A stretch of 44,102 bases of DNA from a virus. The notes beneath the pieces are model-generated. The model searched no databases. It worked only from the letters and a program-made list of their open reading frames with translations, and was not told the DNA's origin. The position numbers were made by a program, and so were the translations under genes. Location of the stretch: the UHGV virus genome UHGV-0016039, one strand, 5' to 3'. This document shows, piece by piece, positions 18,601 through 27,835 of the stretch (the first letter of the stretch is position 1; each line of letters opens with the position of its first letter).

Positions 18601-19137
18601 GTGGTCGCGCTCGTACAGCGACATTGTTTTACCGACGGCAGCGAAGGTAAACTCACGCGGATCCGCGTTATCGGTATACACGACGATTTTATAGTCGATT
18701 CGCCCGCCCACCAGGTCGCCATTGTCTTCGTTAGTGTACAGTGCCGGGATTCCGACTCGAATGCGCACGGCGTCAAGACTGGTGTCGTTAATCTGGCGCA
18801 CCCACGGCGTGCCGTTTTCCAGTTTTACACCCACTGTTTGCTCGCTTTCCACTGCGGAAAATCCGTGGATTACATCCTGGTGCTGTGTGCCTGGGCGGAA
18901 CTCCACGCGCGCGCCGGGGAAGTTTTCGGATCGGTCGGCGTTCTGGATCGGTGTTCCGTCCAGGTATACGCGCTGCCGTAATTCGTTAGGGTCGGTAATG
19001 CCTTCGAACTCACCTTCGCCCAGGGCAAGCAAGATGCGGATTTTAGCCAGCGAATGCAGGCTGTCAGGCGTCTCCTGTGGGGTGTGCTGTTTGCCGCCGC
19101 CGCCTTTATGGCCTGTGACGTCGTAGATAATCGTCAT
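15685..19137 (-). CDS. tail tip / host specificity protein, lambda J-like
   Basis: 1150 aa; YSGDWDGTFKRAW..WHWYD..RYALYQIAQRCDQLV block matches the conserved lambda J core; ATGA overlap with upstream gene. Confidence 0.9.
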   Translation of the reverse strand: MTIIYDVTGHKGGGGKQHTPQETPDSLHSLAKIRILLALGEGEFEGITDPNELRQRVYLDGTPIQNADRSENFPGARVEFRPGTQHQDVIHGFSAVESEQTVGVKLENGTPWVRQINDTSLDAVRIRVGIPALYTNEDNGDLVGGRIDYKIVVYTDNADPREFTFAAVGKTMSLYERDHRIELPPNANTGWRVEVHRTTADSTSAKVVNDIRVQSITEIIDARLRYPLTALLFVEFDAKAFQNIPRVSIKCKGRKVLIPNNYDPINHTYSGDWDGTFKRAWTDNPAWHWYDICITERFGLGRRIKPQMLNRYALYQIAQRCDQLVSDGNGGREIRFKNDMYIQSQTDAWTVLKDLAAIFAGMTWWGNQMLNIVSDQPVAAVSHTITNASVIDGRFDYASGSQKTRYSTFAVAYGNPKNHYDDAIATGQRVELVRRHKINRLDITAIGCTRESEAQRRGHWALISNQLDQQVSFKVGMEGLFFIPGSVVAIADTNISGGFETRGGRLLSDPGTRTVLNTDSEITFRPGDKFMVRTDSGNVETREIASVNGNKVTLKTALDADPIPDQPFCVDGNDIQLQKFRITDLEYDDSTSTFSVRGIEYNDSKYDAVDNGARLDPGIFTQVPDGVMKGPESVTITPSQISSQGQLITNVDIVFPPVKDAVVYEIQWRRTSLQNMEIQWGNDWVNIPRTASNGAHIPNVFSGNYQARVRAIGMGEISSPWVSSAITPVDGRLGGLNAPIITNAISGLHQILWKWNHNNAATDISYTELEVRKTGETEWKFLTNVPYPGAEYAQTSLEFGIYQQLRARVADKIGNLSDWSDPFEGQVSDKVDEYMKGLDDEFLTSEDGKHFQEAINTIPQGIYESMLTDAQQLFNARAEYKGIYAEIKVAYNVAADAHKAVAQLETLIGTRLDDAEASIHTLQTAQSTHEQAFAQYQQTVAAKFGEQEAAIQQAQTATADVAGALAEYKTQVAAQFGEQSAAIEQKMTSSFNHAGGSATYSLKAGVTYNGTYYDAGMQLSVVAEGGAVKSRIAFKADQFYIMHPSNGSLSSAFIVDGGQVYIDTARIKNASINFAQITDTLQSNNFVTGSRGWRIWKDGGAEFNNVTVRGRLYANSGEFAFNGQNNTVQINGNGVTVNLPGGGRVVVGTF

Positions 19138-19745
19138 TCGTTCAAGTCCTCGGTTACGATTCCGGCGGAAATAATAGCGCCGCCGATCTCACGCTCACCC
19201 CATAATACACCAAGTGCCGTACCTTGCGCGGTCGTGTTTACCGGTCCGCCGAACGCATAAGACGCCTTGTTATCCACGTCCTGCCGTGTCTGCAATCCTT
19301 TCGGCTGTGGTGACAGCAATTGCATAACGCCACCCAGCGCCATTGACATCCCGAACGAAAACGTTGCCGTACCGATAGCGGCAGCGGTCGCGGCTGAAGC
19401 TCCGAAAGCGGCAGTAGCAAGCCCGCCGGTGTAGAACGACGCCACCACGATGGCTACGCCCGCCAGTAATTGGCCTAGTCCGCGTTTTGCGCCGGTCATA
19501 ACCGGTGCGATGGTCACTACGCGGTCGCCGTGGAACTCTCCTAACTCGTCGTATCCGGTCATTGTGTGATTGCCTTTGCGCACCTTGAACATAATATTTT
19601 CCAGGTGGGCCGACATTAGAAAGTCCTGTAAGCCAGGTAGCTTCACGCATAGGCCTGTGATACCTTCGCCCGGGGTGAAGCAATCCAGCTTGTGCACTTT
19701 ACCAAAACGACGCCCTAAGACGCCGTATAATTTAAATGTGGTCAT
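19134..19745 (-). CDS. tail assembly protein, lambda I-like
   Basis: position between K and J; C-terminal Gly/Ala hydrophobic segment; ATGA overlap with K stop at 19742-19745. Confidence 0.75.
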   Translation of the reverse strand: MTTFKLYGVLGRRFGKVHKLDCFTPGEGITGLCVKLPGLQDFLMSAHLENIMFKVRKGNHTMTGYDELGEFHGDRVVTIAPVMTGAKRGLGQLLAGVAIVVASFYTGGLATAAFGASAATAAAIGTATFSFGMSMALGGVMQLLSPQPKGLQTRQDVDNKASYAFGGPVNTTAQGTALGVLWGEREIGGAIISAGIVTEDLNE

Positions 19746-20482
19746 TGCCATTCTGTGATATCCCACGGTAAATCTTTATGACGTACCCATTTAACCACAT
19801 TGTCGCGGAAAAATCCTGCCCGGAAGGGGATCACGCTCGACAGGCTGCCGTAGATATGGTGTAGTAGTTGGTTGCCCGGAAGGTAGATTCCGGCATGGTT
19901 AGGCACTGGCGCGCTAATCTGCATGATGACCATCGCCCCAGGCGTATTCTCCTCGCATTCCCTGAAGCCTGCACCGTACCAGTTATCCATGTACAGGTTC
20001 TCCCCAGTCTCCCACCAGTTGTACGGCACGCGGAAGTCTGGCAAATTTACTCCCTGCTTTTTGTGCCAGTCCATAACTAGGCCATAACAATCCGTAATTC
20101 CGAGAACAAATCGGCGGCCTACCAGCGGCGGGTCTTCCGGGTCGATCTCGATAAAGTCGCCATATTCGTTAGTGATGGTCCAGACGACGCCGCTGCCGTT
20201 GCAGCCGTTGACGTCACCCAATGACGGGGTTAACTCGCGCTGACCGGGGTGAGAGTGGACTACGCGCACAACGTCGCCCATATCCTCGGCATCCATCCAG
20301 TCCATATCACTAATCGTGAAAGCGTCTTTGCGTGAGCGCACGCCGGTCGGGTCTTCAAACACGTTAAGGCACGGGACGAATACTTGCTTACGGCCCACCA
20401 TGACAACCAGGCCGCAGGCTTCTTCCGGCAGACATGCCGCGACGTGTGCGGCGATATCGCTTTTAACCTTCTTCGTTAACAT
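19742..20482 (-). CDS. tail tip assembly protein, lambda K-like (MPN/JAMM plus NlpC/P60)
   Basis: HSHP JAMM-like motif and DCYG cysteine motif. Confidence 0.8.
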   Translation of the reverse strand: MLTKKVKSDIAAHVAACLPEEACGLVVMVGRKQVFVPCLNVFEDPTGVRSRKDAFTISDMDWMDAEDMGDVVRVVHSHPGQRELTPSLGDVNGCNGSGVVWTITNEYGDFIEIDPEDPPLVGRRFVLGITDCYGLVMDWHKKQGVNLPDFRVPYNWWETGENLYMDNWYGAGFRECEENTPGAMVIMQISAPVPNHAGIYLPGNQLLHHIYGSLSSVIPFRAGFFRDNVVKWVRHKDLPWDITEWQ

Positions 20483-20484
20483 GA

Positions 20485-21273
20485 CTACCCCTTAATTAAT
20501 CTGGACCCCGGAAAGCCGCCGAAGTCCAGCACCGCCGCTTTCGGGTCCGCAAGCCCTTGCCCAAATCTAAGATAACAGTCGGACAAACAGCCGCCGCATC
20601 GGTCCATGTTCATCGCGATGACTTCGTTTCCGCGTTCGTCGTAATACTTGATGCCAGGCTTCGCAAGGTTCCACGTGCAGCCGTCCCCGCTGGCGTACTT
20701 CCCATTTAACGCCCATTCGCACATGTTCATGATCTGGCGGCGGGGAACTACTTGCCCCTCCATATCAGCGGGTGAGGATAATGCGAAGGTTATTTGCTTG
20801 CCCGGATTGCGCCCGACCTGTGAGTCGATGTAATACTCCTGGACACGTTTTTGCGTCGGGTCTGGGTCCGACCCGTTATCCAGGAACTTAGCAAACGTGT
20901 CGATTATTTCAACCTTCGCGCCAAGTAGCTGGTCATGATTCAACGACAGCCGGGTGATAATGCCGCCAATATCGACGATGGTTAGCTGCGGTTCTGCTGC
21001 CGTTGATGTGGAGAAGTTAAGGCCGGATAGATCGAAGGGCCAGAATTCGAATTCCTGCCCGCCGAAGAAGATGGATTTAGGTTTTAGCTTGTCCTCGTCA
21101 CCGCCTGCGGCGGCAATATCCTCGGCAGTGTGCGGGATAAAGCAATAGTGAAAATAGTGATGACCCGCGCCGATCGCGCCGTCGCCTGGTTCCACGTCCT
21201 GCGCGTCAATGTGAATCAGGCGAACGCGTCCCGATGGGTCAAAGCGCGTCGCCTCACGATATAGTTTATTCAT
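20485..21273 (-). CDS. minor tail protein, lambda L-like
   Basis: position; C-terminal Cys cluster CGGCLSDC. Confidence 0.75.
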   Translation of the reverse strand: MNKLYREATRFDPSGRVRLIHIDAQDVEPGDGAIGAGHHYFHYCFIPHTAEDIAAAGGDEDKLKPKSIFFGGQEFEFWPFDLSGLNFSTSTAAEPQLTIVDIGGIITRLSLNHDQLLGAKVEIIDTFAKFLDNGSDPDPTQKRVQEYYIDSQVGRNPGKQITFALSSPADMEGQVVPRRQIMNMCEWALNGKYASGDGCTWNLAKPGIKYYDERGNEVIAMNMDRCGGCLSDCYLRFGQGLADPKAAVLDFGGFPGSRLIKG

Positions 21274-21869
21274 CTTACGAATCCAATAGCAGTCTTAAGG
21301 GTGGCGGACACCGTTGCCGTGTTATGCCCGTTGTCAGTGTACGACAAGCTCGAACGCTCGACCACGAATAAACCTGTTTCGCCATCCGGTGCTGTGACGA
21401 CAAACGGTTTTACGAAGTGCCCGCGAAGGAAGTTGTAAACCAGTTTAGGGTCGCACCATTTGTCAGTAGTCAGTCCGACGAATTGCACGGGGAACTGTTT
21501 CGTTTCTGCGTTCGGGCCGTCAGCGATGTTCTGTCCGTAGCCATTACCGAATTGCAATTCTTCCGACCGGAAAGCTAACTGCACGTCGCCGCCGCCCTGC
21601 AATTGCATGTGCCAGTAATAGGGCCATTCGTTTGACCGCGGGTCGTGTGCTTCGATTAGCTCATATGCCGCACCGGATTTCGTCGGACCGGCCCAGTTAT
21701 CTTTCAGTGTAATGACCGTGTTCGAGTTGAATGCCGCAATTTTGCCGGTGTAGTCGTTGCCGTCGATGCGGACAAGTACGCGGACCTTCCCGATTTCGCT
21801 CAGGAACGCCGTACCCACGCCCGTGACGGTCTTACTTCCTTTAGTTAGTGTGATTGTACCTTGCGCCAT
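21270..21869 (-). CDS. minor tail protein, lambda M-like
   Basis: position between tape measure and L; ATGA overlap with L. Confidence 0.7.
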   Translation of the reverse strand: MAQGTITLTKGSKTVTGVGTAFLSEIGKVRVLVRIDGNDYTGKIAAFNSNTVITLKDNWAGPTKSGAAYELIEAHDPRSNEWPYYWHMQLQGGGDVQLAFRSEELQFGNGYGQNIADGPNAETKQFPVQFVGLTTDKWCDPKLVYNFLRGHFVKPFVVTAPDGETGLFVVERSSLSYTDNGHNTATVSATLKTAIGFVR

Positions 21870-21905
21870 AAAAAAGCCCCCACGATGGATGTGAGGGCCA
21901 TTTTA

Positions 21906-24548
21906 TCATCGTTTGTAAAGTACACCACCCGGTTTCGTCGCTTTCACGATCTCGGCCTTCACCGCTTCGGTGATTTGCTTGCCGAACGCCTGCGCGGTAC
22001 GGGGGTCCGGCCCGCTGACACTGGTATCTGTTTTACCGGACCCCGTGTAAACGTTAGTCGTCACGACCATACCACCGCCTGCGCCAGACGCGGCAACACC
22101 CAGTTTCCCGTCCGGCCCGCGCTTCAGTGGCATGATGGCCTCGGGTCCAGCCTCGCCCATCAATCCCGCGCCCTTAGCGAACGCCTGGACGCCATAACTG
22201 AAAAAGGTAGGCTGACTTACCACTTTCCCCGAATAGGCCGCGAGATTGCCACCTGCGTACGCGCCGCCGTCCGCATTCTTAGTGAGGCCCGAGAAGATAG
22301 CGCCGAACAATCCGTTTTTGCCGCCGTCGCCACCGAAAGCGCTAACGATGGACTTGAATGCCTGCGATGTAGCCAGCTTGATTAATTCGCTCAGGATGGA
22401 CTTAACCATATCCTTTGCGTTCAGCTTGCCAGTCTCAAAAAACTCGTTCATCGTGTCCTGCATAGCGCTGAACGTGAATTTTGTGAGTGACGCCATCTGC
22501 GTATAGCCGTTACCCATTTCATCCACGCTATCCTTAAGCCCACGGCTGAATCCATCCCATAGTGAGGCGTTAGCACCGGTCTGTGCTTCCTGCACTTCGC
22601 GCAGTTTAGACACCGCCAGATCAATATCGGTATCACTAGCGCCCCCCCGCTTCAGGCGGTCAATTAGCTGCAATTCTTCACGCAGGTTTGCCGCTTCGCG
22701 AGTGGAAAGCGCATAGCCCGCCGCGGTGGCTTTTAGCTCGGCGTTCTGGTTCTTAACGAAGGCGTCGATCTGCGCGTGCGCCTTGACCTGCTTCTCTTTC
22801 GCGTCCAGCAATTTGGCTTCTTCGACGATCTGCTCGCGGACTTCCTTCACGCGCCCGAATTCGACCATCTGCTGCTTTTCTGCTGCCGTTAGTGCCCTTT
22901 CTTTGCTTGCTGCGATTAACTGCTCATTATCCGCGATCAGCTTGTTTAGGGCCGCTTGAGCGCGTTGCGTTCGGGTCTGCGTCGAGGCGTTGGCTTCGAT
23001 CTGCTTTCCAGACTCACGAAGCTGTGCCAGTTCGCTTCGCGCGACTTCCAGCATTTTCAGCCCGGCATCGACTCGAACAGCGGCGGCCTTCTTCGGGGCG
23101 GGGTCTTTGTAACGCTCGTTTACCTGCTTCACCGCCTCGGCAAGCTCTTTCTCGTCAATCACGCCGCGCTTATTAAGCAAATTGAGGCGGGCGATCTCGT
23201 CGGCGCGCCTCTTCGCGTTGGTTGCGTACTCCTTCTCAAACGCGGCGCGGTCGCGGGCGGTGCGGTTGGCCTCTTCGTTCGCCTTTGCTGCTTCTTCCGC
23301 GGCGCTGGCGTTGCCCCGCTCGGCACGGTTGCGCAGGGTGAGCGACGCCACCACCTTCTCCTGGGCGACCAGTTCGCTGTAAAGCATGTTAATACGCGCT
23401 TTCTGCGCTTCGGTCATCACACCACCGGCAGCGTTTACCGCTTTCATCTCGGCATAGTAAGCCGTGGTCAGTCGCTGCAATGATTCACGCGCTTTCATCT
23501 CTGACTCATTCGAGGACTGCGCGCGCCCAACATCCAGGATGGCGTCCCACATAGATTTAGCTGCCGATGTGACGACGTTCATCGAACGCTCAAGCGTACC
23601 CATGTTGGACTTAATATCGTTGGTCATAGTGGTAAACGACGCCGCGGCTGTTTTGTTAGCCAGCGCCACCGCTTCGGTTTCGCGACCCATATCCACAAGC
23701 GACTGTACCTGCTGGATCTGCGCTTCGTTTACGACGTGATACTTATCCGCCAATGCCCGTAAGCCGCCTACTGGGTCGGTTGACAGCTTCGCCACCGCCG
23801 CGACCACATCCTCGATCGGCTGGCTGGACACCTTCGCGAAGTCATTAACTACCTTCGCCAGTGCGCCGAAGTCACCACCCGCTTTCACACCCGCCGCCGC
23901 CAGCGCCTGGATTGTGTCACGCGTCTTGCGGAATGATCCGCCCATGCGCTCGGCGTTCTCGGATAGCACCAGGATCTGGTTTGCAGTTAGGCCTGAAATG
24001 TTACCTGACAGCGCCAGCGTCTTGTTAAGCGCTGCGACTTGGTTCTCTGCGCGGGACGTAATTGCTACGCCAACGCCTAACGTTGCCGTTACCGCGGCGA
24101 GGCCGATCCCTACGGGGCCGAGGAAGCCCGCAACAAAACGCAGCGTGTTTCCCAGTCCGCCAAACGCCCCAGTAAGCTGCGGTAACTGCTGAAGCATAAC
24201 GCGGTGTACCGGCATCCCCATCTCAAGCGTAACTGCGATATCCTGTAACTGGAATGCGGCGTTACGCGAGGCAAAGCCCAGGTTTTTAGTCGACATGCCT
24301 AACCTGTTGGCGAGTCGCTCCTGTTTTGTCATGCCGTCGGCGGCGCGCTGCGATTCAGTCGCTAACTTTTCCATTCCGCCAGCGGCGTCACTCGTCACCT
24401 TTTTGGATTTGCCGAGGGTGTCGTTTAATTTCTTAACCTTGTTTTCTGTGTTCTCGGATTTCTGTGCGAAGGAGTCCAGCACAGTATTTGCCGTTCTGAT
24501 TTGTGCAACATCCGCCTTTAGCGTGATGCCTGCTGCCTGATCTGCCAT
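21906..24548 (-). CDS. tail tape measure protein
   Basis: 880 aa, long helical/coiled-coil region, C-terminal Gly-rich segment; position after G/G-T. Confidence 0.85.
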   Translation of the reverse strand: MADQAAGITLKADVAQIRTANTVLDSFAQKSENTENKVKKLNDTLGKSKKVTSDAAGGMEKLATESQRAADGMTKQERLANRLGMSTKNLGFASRNAAFQLQDIAVTLEMGMPVHRVMLQQLPQLTGAFGGLGNTLRFVAGFLGPVGIGLAAVTATLGVGVAITSRAENQVAALNKTLALSGNISGLTANQILVLSENAERMGGSFRKTRDTIQALAAAGVKAGGDFGALAKVVNDFAKVSSQPIEDVVAAVAKLSTDPVGGLRALADKYHVVNEAQIQQVQSLVDMGRETEAVALANKTAAASFTTMTNDIKSNMGTLERSMNVVTSAAKSMWDAILDVGRAQSSNESEMKARESLQRLTTAYYAEMKAVNAAGGVMTEAQKARINMLYSELVAQEKVVASLTLRNRAERGNASAAEEAAKANEEANRTARDRAAFEKEYATNAKRRADEIARLNLLNKRGVIDEKELAEAVKQVNERYKDPAPKKAAAVRVDAGLKMLEVARSELAQLRESGKQIEANASTQTRTQRAQAALNKLIADNEQLIAASKERALTAAEKQQMVEFGRVKEVREQIVEEAKLLDAKEKQVKAHAQIDAFVKNQNAELKATAAGYALSTREAANLREELQLIDRLKRGGASDTDIDLAVSKLREVQEAQTGANASLWDGFSRGLKDSVDEMGNGYTQMASLTKFTFSAMQDTMNEFFETGKLNAKDMVKSILSELIKLATSQAFKSIVSAFGGDGGKNGLFGAIFSGLTKNADGGAYAGGNLAAYSGKVVSQPTFFSYGVQAFAKGAGLMGEAGPEAIMPLKRGPDGKLGVAASGAGGGMVVTTNVYTGSGKTDTSVSGPDPRTAQAFGKQITEAVKAEIVKATKPGGVLYKR

Positions 24549-24617
24549 TATGCAGTCCCCTTTTTTATGCAGTTGCCGATGGATATTGTATCAGCGATTT
24601 CAAAACAAACCTTATTC

Positions 24618-24932
24618 AGTCTCAGACGAGGGGGGCCATTGACCCCCGTCTAGTCTGAAAGACTGGGGTGCTGTCCCGCTGTCCCGATCGGCTAAAAACC
24701 GCGGCAGCACTGGCGGGGACGGGGTGCTGTCCCGCTTTGTCCCGCCCCTTGTTTGTCCCGCTTTTTGTCCCGCTTACTTTATGCAATAAAACTGCATATA
24801 TATGCGTATTTATGGGGTGAGACAAAACGGGGCGTCCCGCCTGTCCCGTTTTGAGTTTATGCAATGAAAGTGATTAGATATGCGGTTTTACAGAGGCGGG
24901 ACAAAACGGGACGTCCCGCCTGTCCCGCTTCA
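24618..24932. repeat. composite repeat copy A: GC hairpin, GTCCCGC/GCGGGAC iterons, TTTATGCA-N-TGCAT palindromes, internal ~75 bp tandem duplication
   Basis: near-identical to 41078-41260; at least 8 GTCCCGC copies. Confidence 0.7.
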
Positions 24933-25609
24933 TTATGCGGGGTTCTGCTGCGCCATTTCATCAAGCGCGATTCGTTCCATTAGCTTGATATCTTTAAACG
25001 CGCGCTGCTCGTTTTCGATACCGTGCATCTTAAATAACCACTCCAACACGCCGTAGTCGATGCCGTATGCGCCACCAAATCCGGTGCGCCATTGCGTGGC
25101 GCAATCTGTAAAGACTGCGACTACCTTCGCGTTGTCGGGCCATAGCGCAACAGGCGGACAAACATCTTCGGGGGCCGCACCCCATAAACTTGCTGCTAAA
25201 TCTTCGGAGGGGGGCGGCGGGCCATAAAAGCGTCGCGCCGCCTCAATTAGTTTTTTTCACGCAACCCCATCAGTTCGAGATAGTACGACGTGTGGAACAC
25301 ACCGAACGCGCGGGGATAGTTGACCACCAGGCGGCGGACGTTCTCCGCGTTAAATTCGTCCGGCAGATTCCAGCCTTCAGCGACGTGCATGATGGCCTCA
25401 ACCATAACGTTAAAGCCGTCCGGGTCATTGTCGTCATATTCCGATAGCTTTCGTTCGGTGTCCTGCATGGTCTGCGAAAACTCGTCGATAGGTCGGTGGC
25501 GGACGGTAAACGTCATCTTGCCCGGTTCGTTCTCGCCAGGGCGCGGGATCTCAATCGGCAGCTTAAAGGTTGGCTTAGGGTCAAGTGTGAAGAGTGGTGC
25601 TTTAGCCAT
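24933..25609 (-). CDS. tail assembly chaperone G-T fusion, product of predicted -1 ribosomal frameshift (105-aa T extension)
   Basis: slippery A_AAA_AAC at 25250-25256 in G frame; -1 frame open for 105 codons to TAA at 24933-24935. Confidence 0.6.
25247..25609 (-). CDS. tail assembly chaperone, lambda G-like (0-frame product)
   Basis: ATG 25609 (ORF track starts at GTG 25657); acidic protein between major tail and tape measure. Confidence 0.75.
   Translation of the reverse strand: MAKAPLFTLDPKPTFKLPIEIPRPGENEPGKMTFTVRHRPIDEFSQTMQDTERKLSEYDDNDPDGFNVMVEAIMHVAEGWNLPDEFNAENVRRLVVNYPRAFGVFHTSYYLELMGLREKN
25250..25256 (-). other. -1 programmed frameshift slippery heptamer A_AAA_AAC
   Basis: seven consecutive A (T on + strand at 25251-25257) ending G ORF as cgt gaa aaa aac taa. 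Confidence 0.65.
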
Positions 25610-25623
25610 CGTAATATTCTCCA

Positions 25624-25647
25624 ATAAAAAGGGGCCGTGCTGGCCCC
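25624..25647 (-). terminator. rho-independent terminator downstream of major tail protein gene
   Basis: ggggcc-gtgct-ggcccc followed by ttttt on - strand. Confidence 0.5.
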
Positions 25648-25677
25648 ATATTATCACTCGCTATTTAAGCCACCAAA

Positions 25678-26403
25678 TCAAGACAATGCCTCGACCAGAT
25701 CCTTACGGTAGATAACCATATCTGACTGCATGGTCAGAGTAGATTGTACCGTTTCCACGTTGTTTACCTCAGCGGACGGAATCTTCTGGAAGGATACCTT
25801 CGCCGGGTAAATACGAATTTCACCTTTGCCACTTGCTGCCGCTGGGTTAGTGAACTTAATCACAGTGGTTTTCTGTGTATCGTCCAGGTCTTCCAGGATT
25901 GGGCGGATCGGGTCTTCTTCGTCGTGGGTGAAGGTGTAAGTCTGGACCAGCGGGTTTTTCGTGGTGTTCAGACTGATCGCGGTGTTCACCTGCAACGGCT
26001 GGAAGGTAGTCGTCTGCTGGTCGCCACCCGACACGGCAACGTTAGTGATAAACGGAAAGTCGATAAAGTTAGACACCTTCACCACTTCGCCCGGAGTGCC
26101 TACGCCGAAAGCACCGGTCGGGTATTTGGTGGCGTCTTGAGTATCGAAGCGCGCCAGCGTCACGTCGTTCCCAGATACTTTACCAACGATGAACGCGCGG
26201 TTCAGCGCACGGACCCACGGGGTTTTAGTGAACATAACAACGTCGCCAACAACCAGACCGTGAGACTCCGCGCAGGTAATTACGCAACCTTGCGTAAGGT
26301 CAGAGATCGACGCAGCGGCGTTGGTGGCTGCCGTAACCGCGATACCATTACCCAGTACGGACCCAATCTGGACGCTGGACCCGTTAGGAAGTTGATAACC
26401 CAT
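25678..26403 (-). CDS. major tail protein (lambda V-like position)
   Basis: 241 aa; synteny immediately upstream of G/G-T; flanking terminator. Confidence 0.75.
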   Translation of the reverse strand: MGYQLPNGSSVQIGSVLGNGIAVTAATNAAASISDLTQGCVITCAESHGLVVGDVVMFTKTPWVRALNRAFIVGKVSGNDVTLARFDTQDATKYPTGAFGVGTPGEVVKVSNFIDFPFITNVAVSGGDQQTTTFQPLQVNTAISLNTTKNPLVQTYTFTHDEEDPIRPILEDLDDTQKTTVIKFTNPAAASGKGEIRIYPAKVSFQKIPSAEVNNVETVQSTLTMQSDMVIYRKDLVEALS

Positions 26404-26464
26404 AATGAACGCTCCTGTTTAAATATACGGTTTAATGATACAGCACGCGCAGAATTGCGCCAAA

Positions 26465-26890
26465 TCAGGCGCAACAGGTGTAGGGGACTGTAACCACGAT
26501 GCGGGCGCGGTCAACGTCCTCGACCACCGAACTGGTATAAGGCGAGTCCTGAAGCTGGAAGGCCGCTCCGGAAATCCTTACGGCCTGCCATTTATCCGAC
26601 GTCGCGATGGCGTCCGCCAGTTCGCTCGCATACTGTGTACCAGTGCCCGCGGGAAACACTACGGCAACCTGATATACGCCAGCATAGATCCGGCCCTTCT
26701 GCTGGAAGCCAACAAACTGGGTCGGGGCCGGTAGCAGGTACGGCTCCAGGTAGACACCGCTGCCGTTTGCATGGTCGCCGCTCACGTTCTCCCAGTTAAC
26801 CCTAATCGGACGCTGGCTTGTGCTCAGGCTTGCCGATAACTCTTCAACCACGCTGTTAAGCGCTTTGCGGATTAGAGTATTGCTCATCAT
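26465..26890 (-). CDS. tail terminator / tail completion protein (U-like position)
   Basis: synteny; ATGA overlap with upstream gene. Confidence 0.55.
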   Translation of the reverse strand: MMSNTLIRKALNSVVEELSASLSTSQRPIRVNWENVSGDHANGSGVYLEPYLLPAPTQFVGFQQKGRIYAGVYQVAVVFPAGTGTQYASELADAIATSDKWQAVRISGAAFQLQDSPYTSSVVEDVDRARIVVTVPYTCCA

Positions 26891-27480
26891 TTCACCTTCG
26901 AATTAATTTCTGCCGCTACGACGCGAACAATCCCCGCGGGCGCTTGTTTACTCCAACCATACTCCAGTCGCTGCGCGTACGGCACATTGTTCGTAAACCA
27001 GATCGACCCGTATTCGCCAGAATCATAATGCGCCAGCACTTCACGCCCTGCGGCTAATGTTGCCGTTCCGGCCTTATCCACGCGGTCGATAGCGCCTACA
27101 GCCGGACGGTCGAACGTAACCTGCCAGTTTCCCCGGAAGCGTCCGCCGGTGTAATTCTTCGCAGCCCAGCCACGCTGTCGGAACGTGACGTTGCCGTTTT
27201 TAGTCTTGAATGATACCAGCACACTGGCGTGTTTCTTCTGCCCGCGCTTCAGTTTGCCGCCATTCTTGCGACGCTGTGCGGCGTTCACCTTGTTCGCGTG
27301 CTGGCGGGCCATTGCATAAGCCTTGTTAATCTTCCACCGGCGAGGGTCGCCCACCGGGGAGATCTCAACAAGGCGTCCGAGTATTTGCATCCCGTACGCC
27401 CGCACCGCCTTATCGTTGTTCTCCTTCGTCTTATCCACCCACGTAGCAATAGTGGCGGCGAATGAGTAGACTTCAGCCAC
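26887..27480 (-). CDS. tail completion / neck protein (Z-like position)
   Basis: synteny; GTG start with GGGG upstream. Confidence 0.55.
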   Translation of the reverse strand: MAEVYSFAATIATWVDKTKENNDKAVRAYGMQILGRLVEISPVGDPRRWKINKAYAMARQHANKVNAAQRRKNGGKLKRGQKKHASVLVSFKTKNGNVTFRQRGWAAKNYTGGRFRGNWQVTFDRPAVGAIDRVDKAGTATLAAGREVLAHYDSGEYGSIWFTNNVPYAQRLEYGWSKQAPAGIVRVVAAEINSKVK

Positions 27481-27481
27481 G

Positions 27482-27835
27482 TCAGCCCCTTAGCTGTAGT
27501 TGAAACAGCATGGTAGTGCCCGCCGGTTGCAGTGGGTTCGGGTTGACGACCCGGTAGTCAGTGCCGTTCAGGTTAACCAGGTCGCCCACCCGCAATTGCT
27601 CAACCGCCCGACATAAAAACTTCACATCACCGGCAACGATACGCGTTCCGTCGATCTCGCTAGGCTTGTACTCCTCGCGAAGACCGATGACGTCAAACGA
27701 CGTTGGAGGGATTACCACTTCGTCGCCGTCTACACGGTCAACCGATCCCGGACGCGTTACCTTAGCGGTCATGCCGAATTTTTTAATCAGCGGATTAACT
27801 TTCCGCTTTAATCCTGCGTAATTAAAGCCCGCCAT
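27482..27835 (-). CDS. head-tail joining (head closure) protein
   Basis: synteny; ATG 27835 preceded by AGGAG (ORF track starts at GTG 27844). Confidence 0.55.
   Translation of the reverse strand: MAGFNYAGLKRKVNPLIKKFGMTAKVTRPGSVDRVDGDEVVIPPTSFDVIGLREEYKPSEIDGTRIVAGDVKFLCRAVEQLRVGDLVNLNGTDYRVVNPNPLQPAGTTMLFQLQLRG

Noticed and set aside
22956-23483. 175-aa ORF on + strand, and neighbouring + strand ORFs between 22246 and 24540
   Set aside because: All antisense to the tape measure gene; low-complexity translations; no independent start signals.
24622-24864. 80-aa ORF on - strand across composite repeat copy A
   Set aside because: Lies wholly within the iteron/hairpin repeat; low-complexity translation (S/T/G/R-rich), no RBS, and its similarity to the ORF across copy B is a trivial consequence of DNA repeat identity.
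24618-24932. CRISPR array hypothesis for the GTCCCGC repeats
   Set aside because: Repeat unit is only 7 bp with irregular 8-16 bp spacing and both orientations; no 25-40 bp repeat/spacer periodicity and no cas genes.
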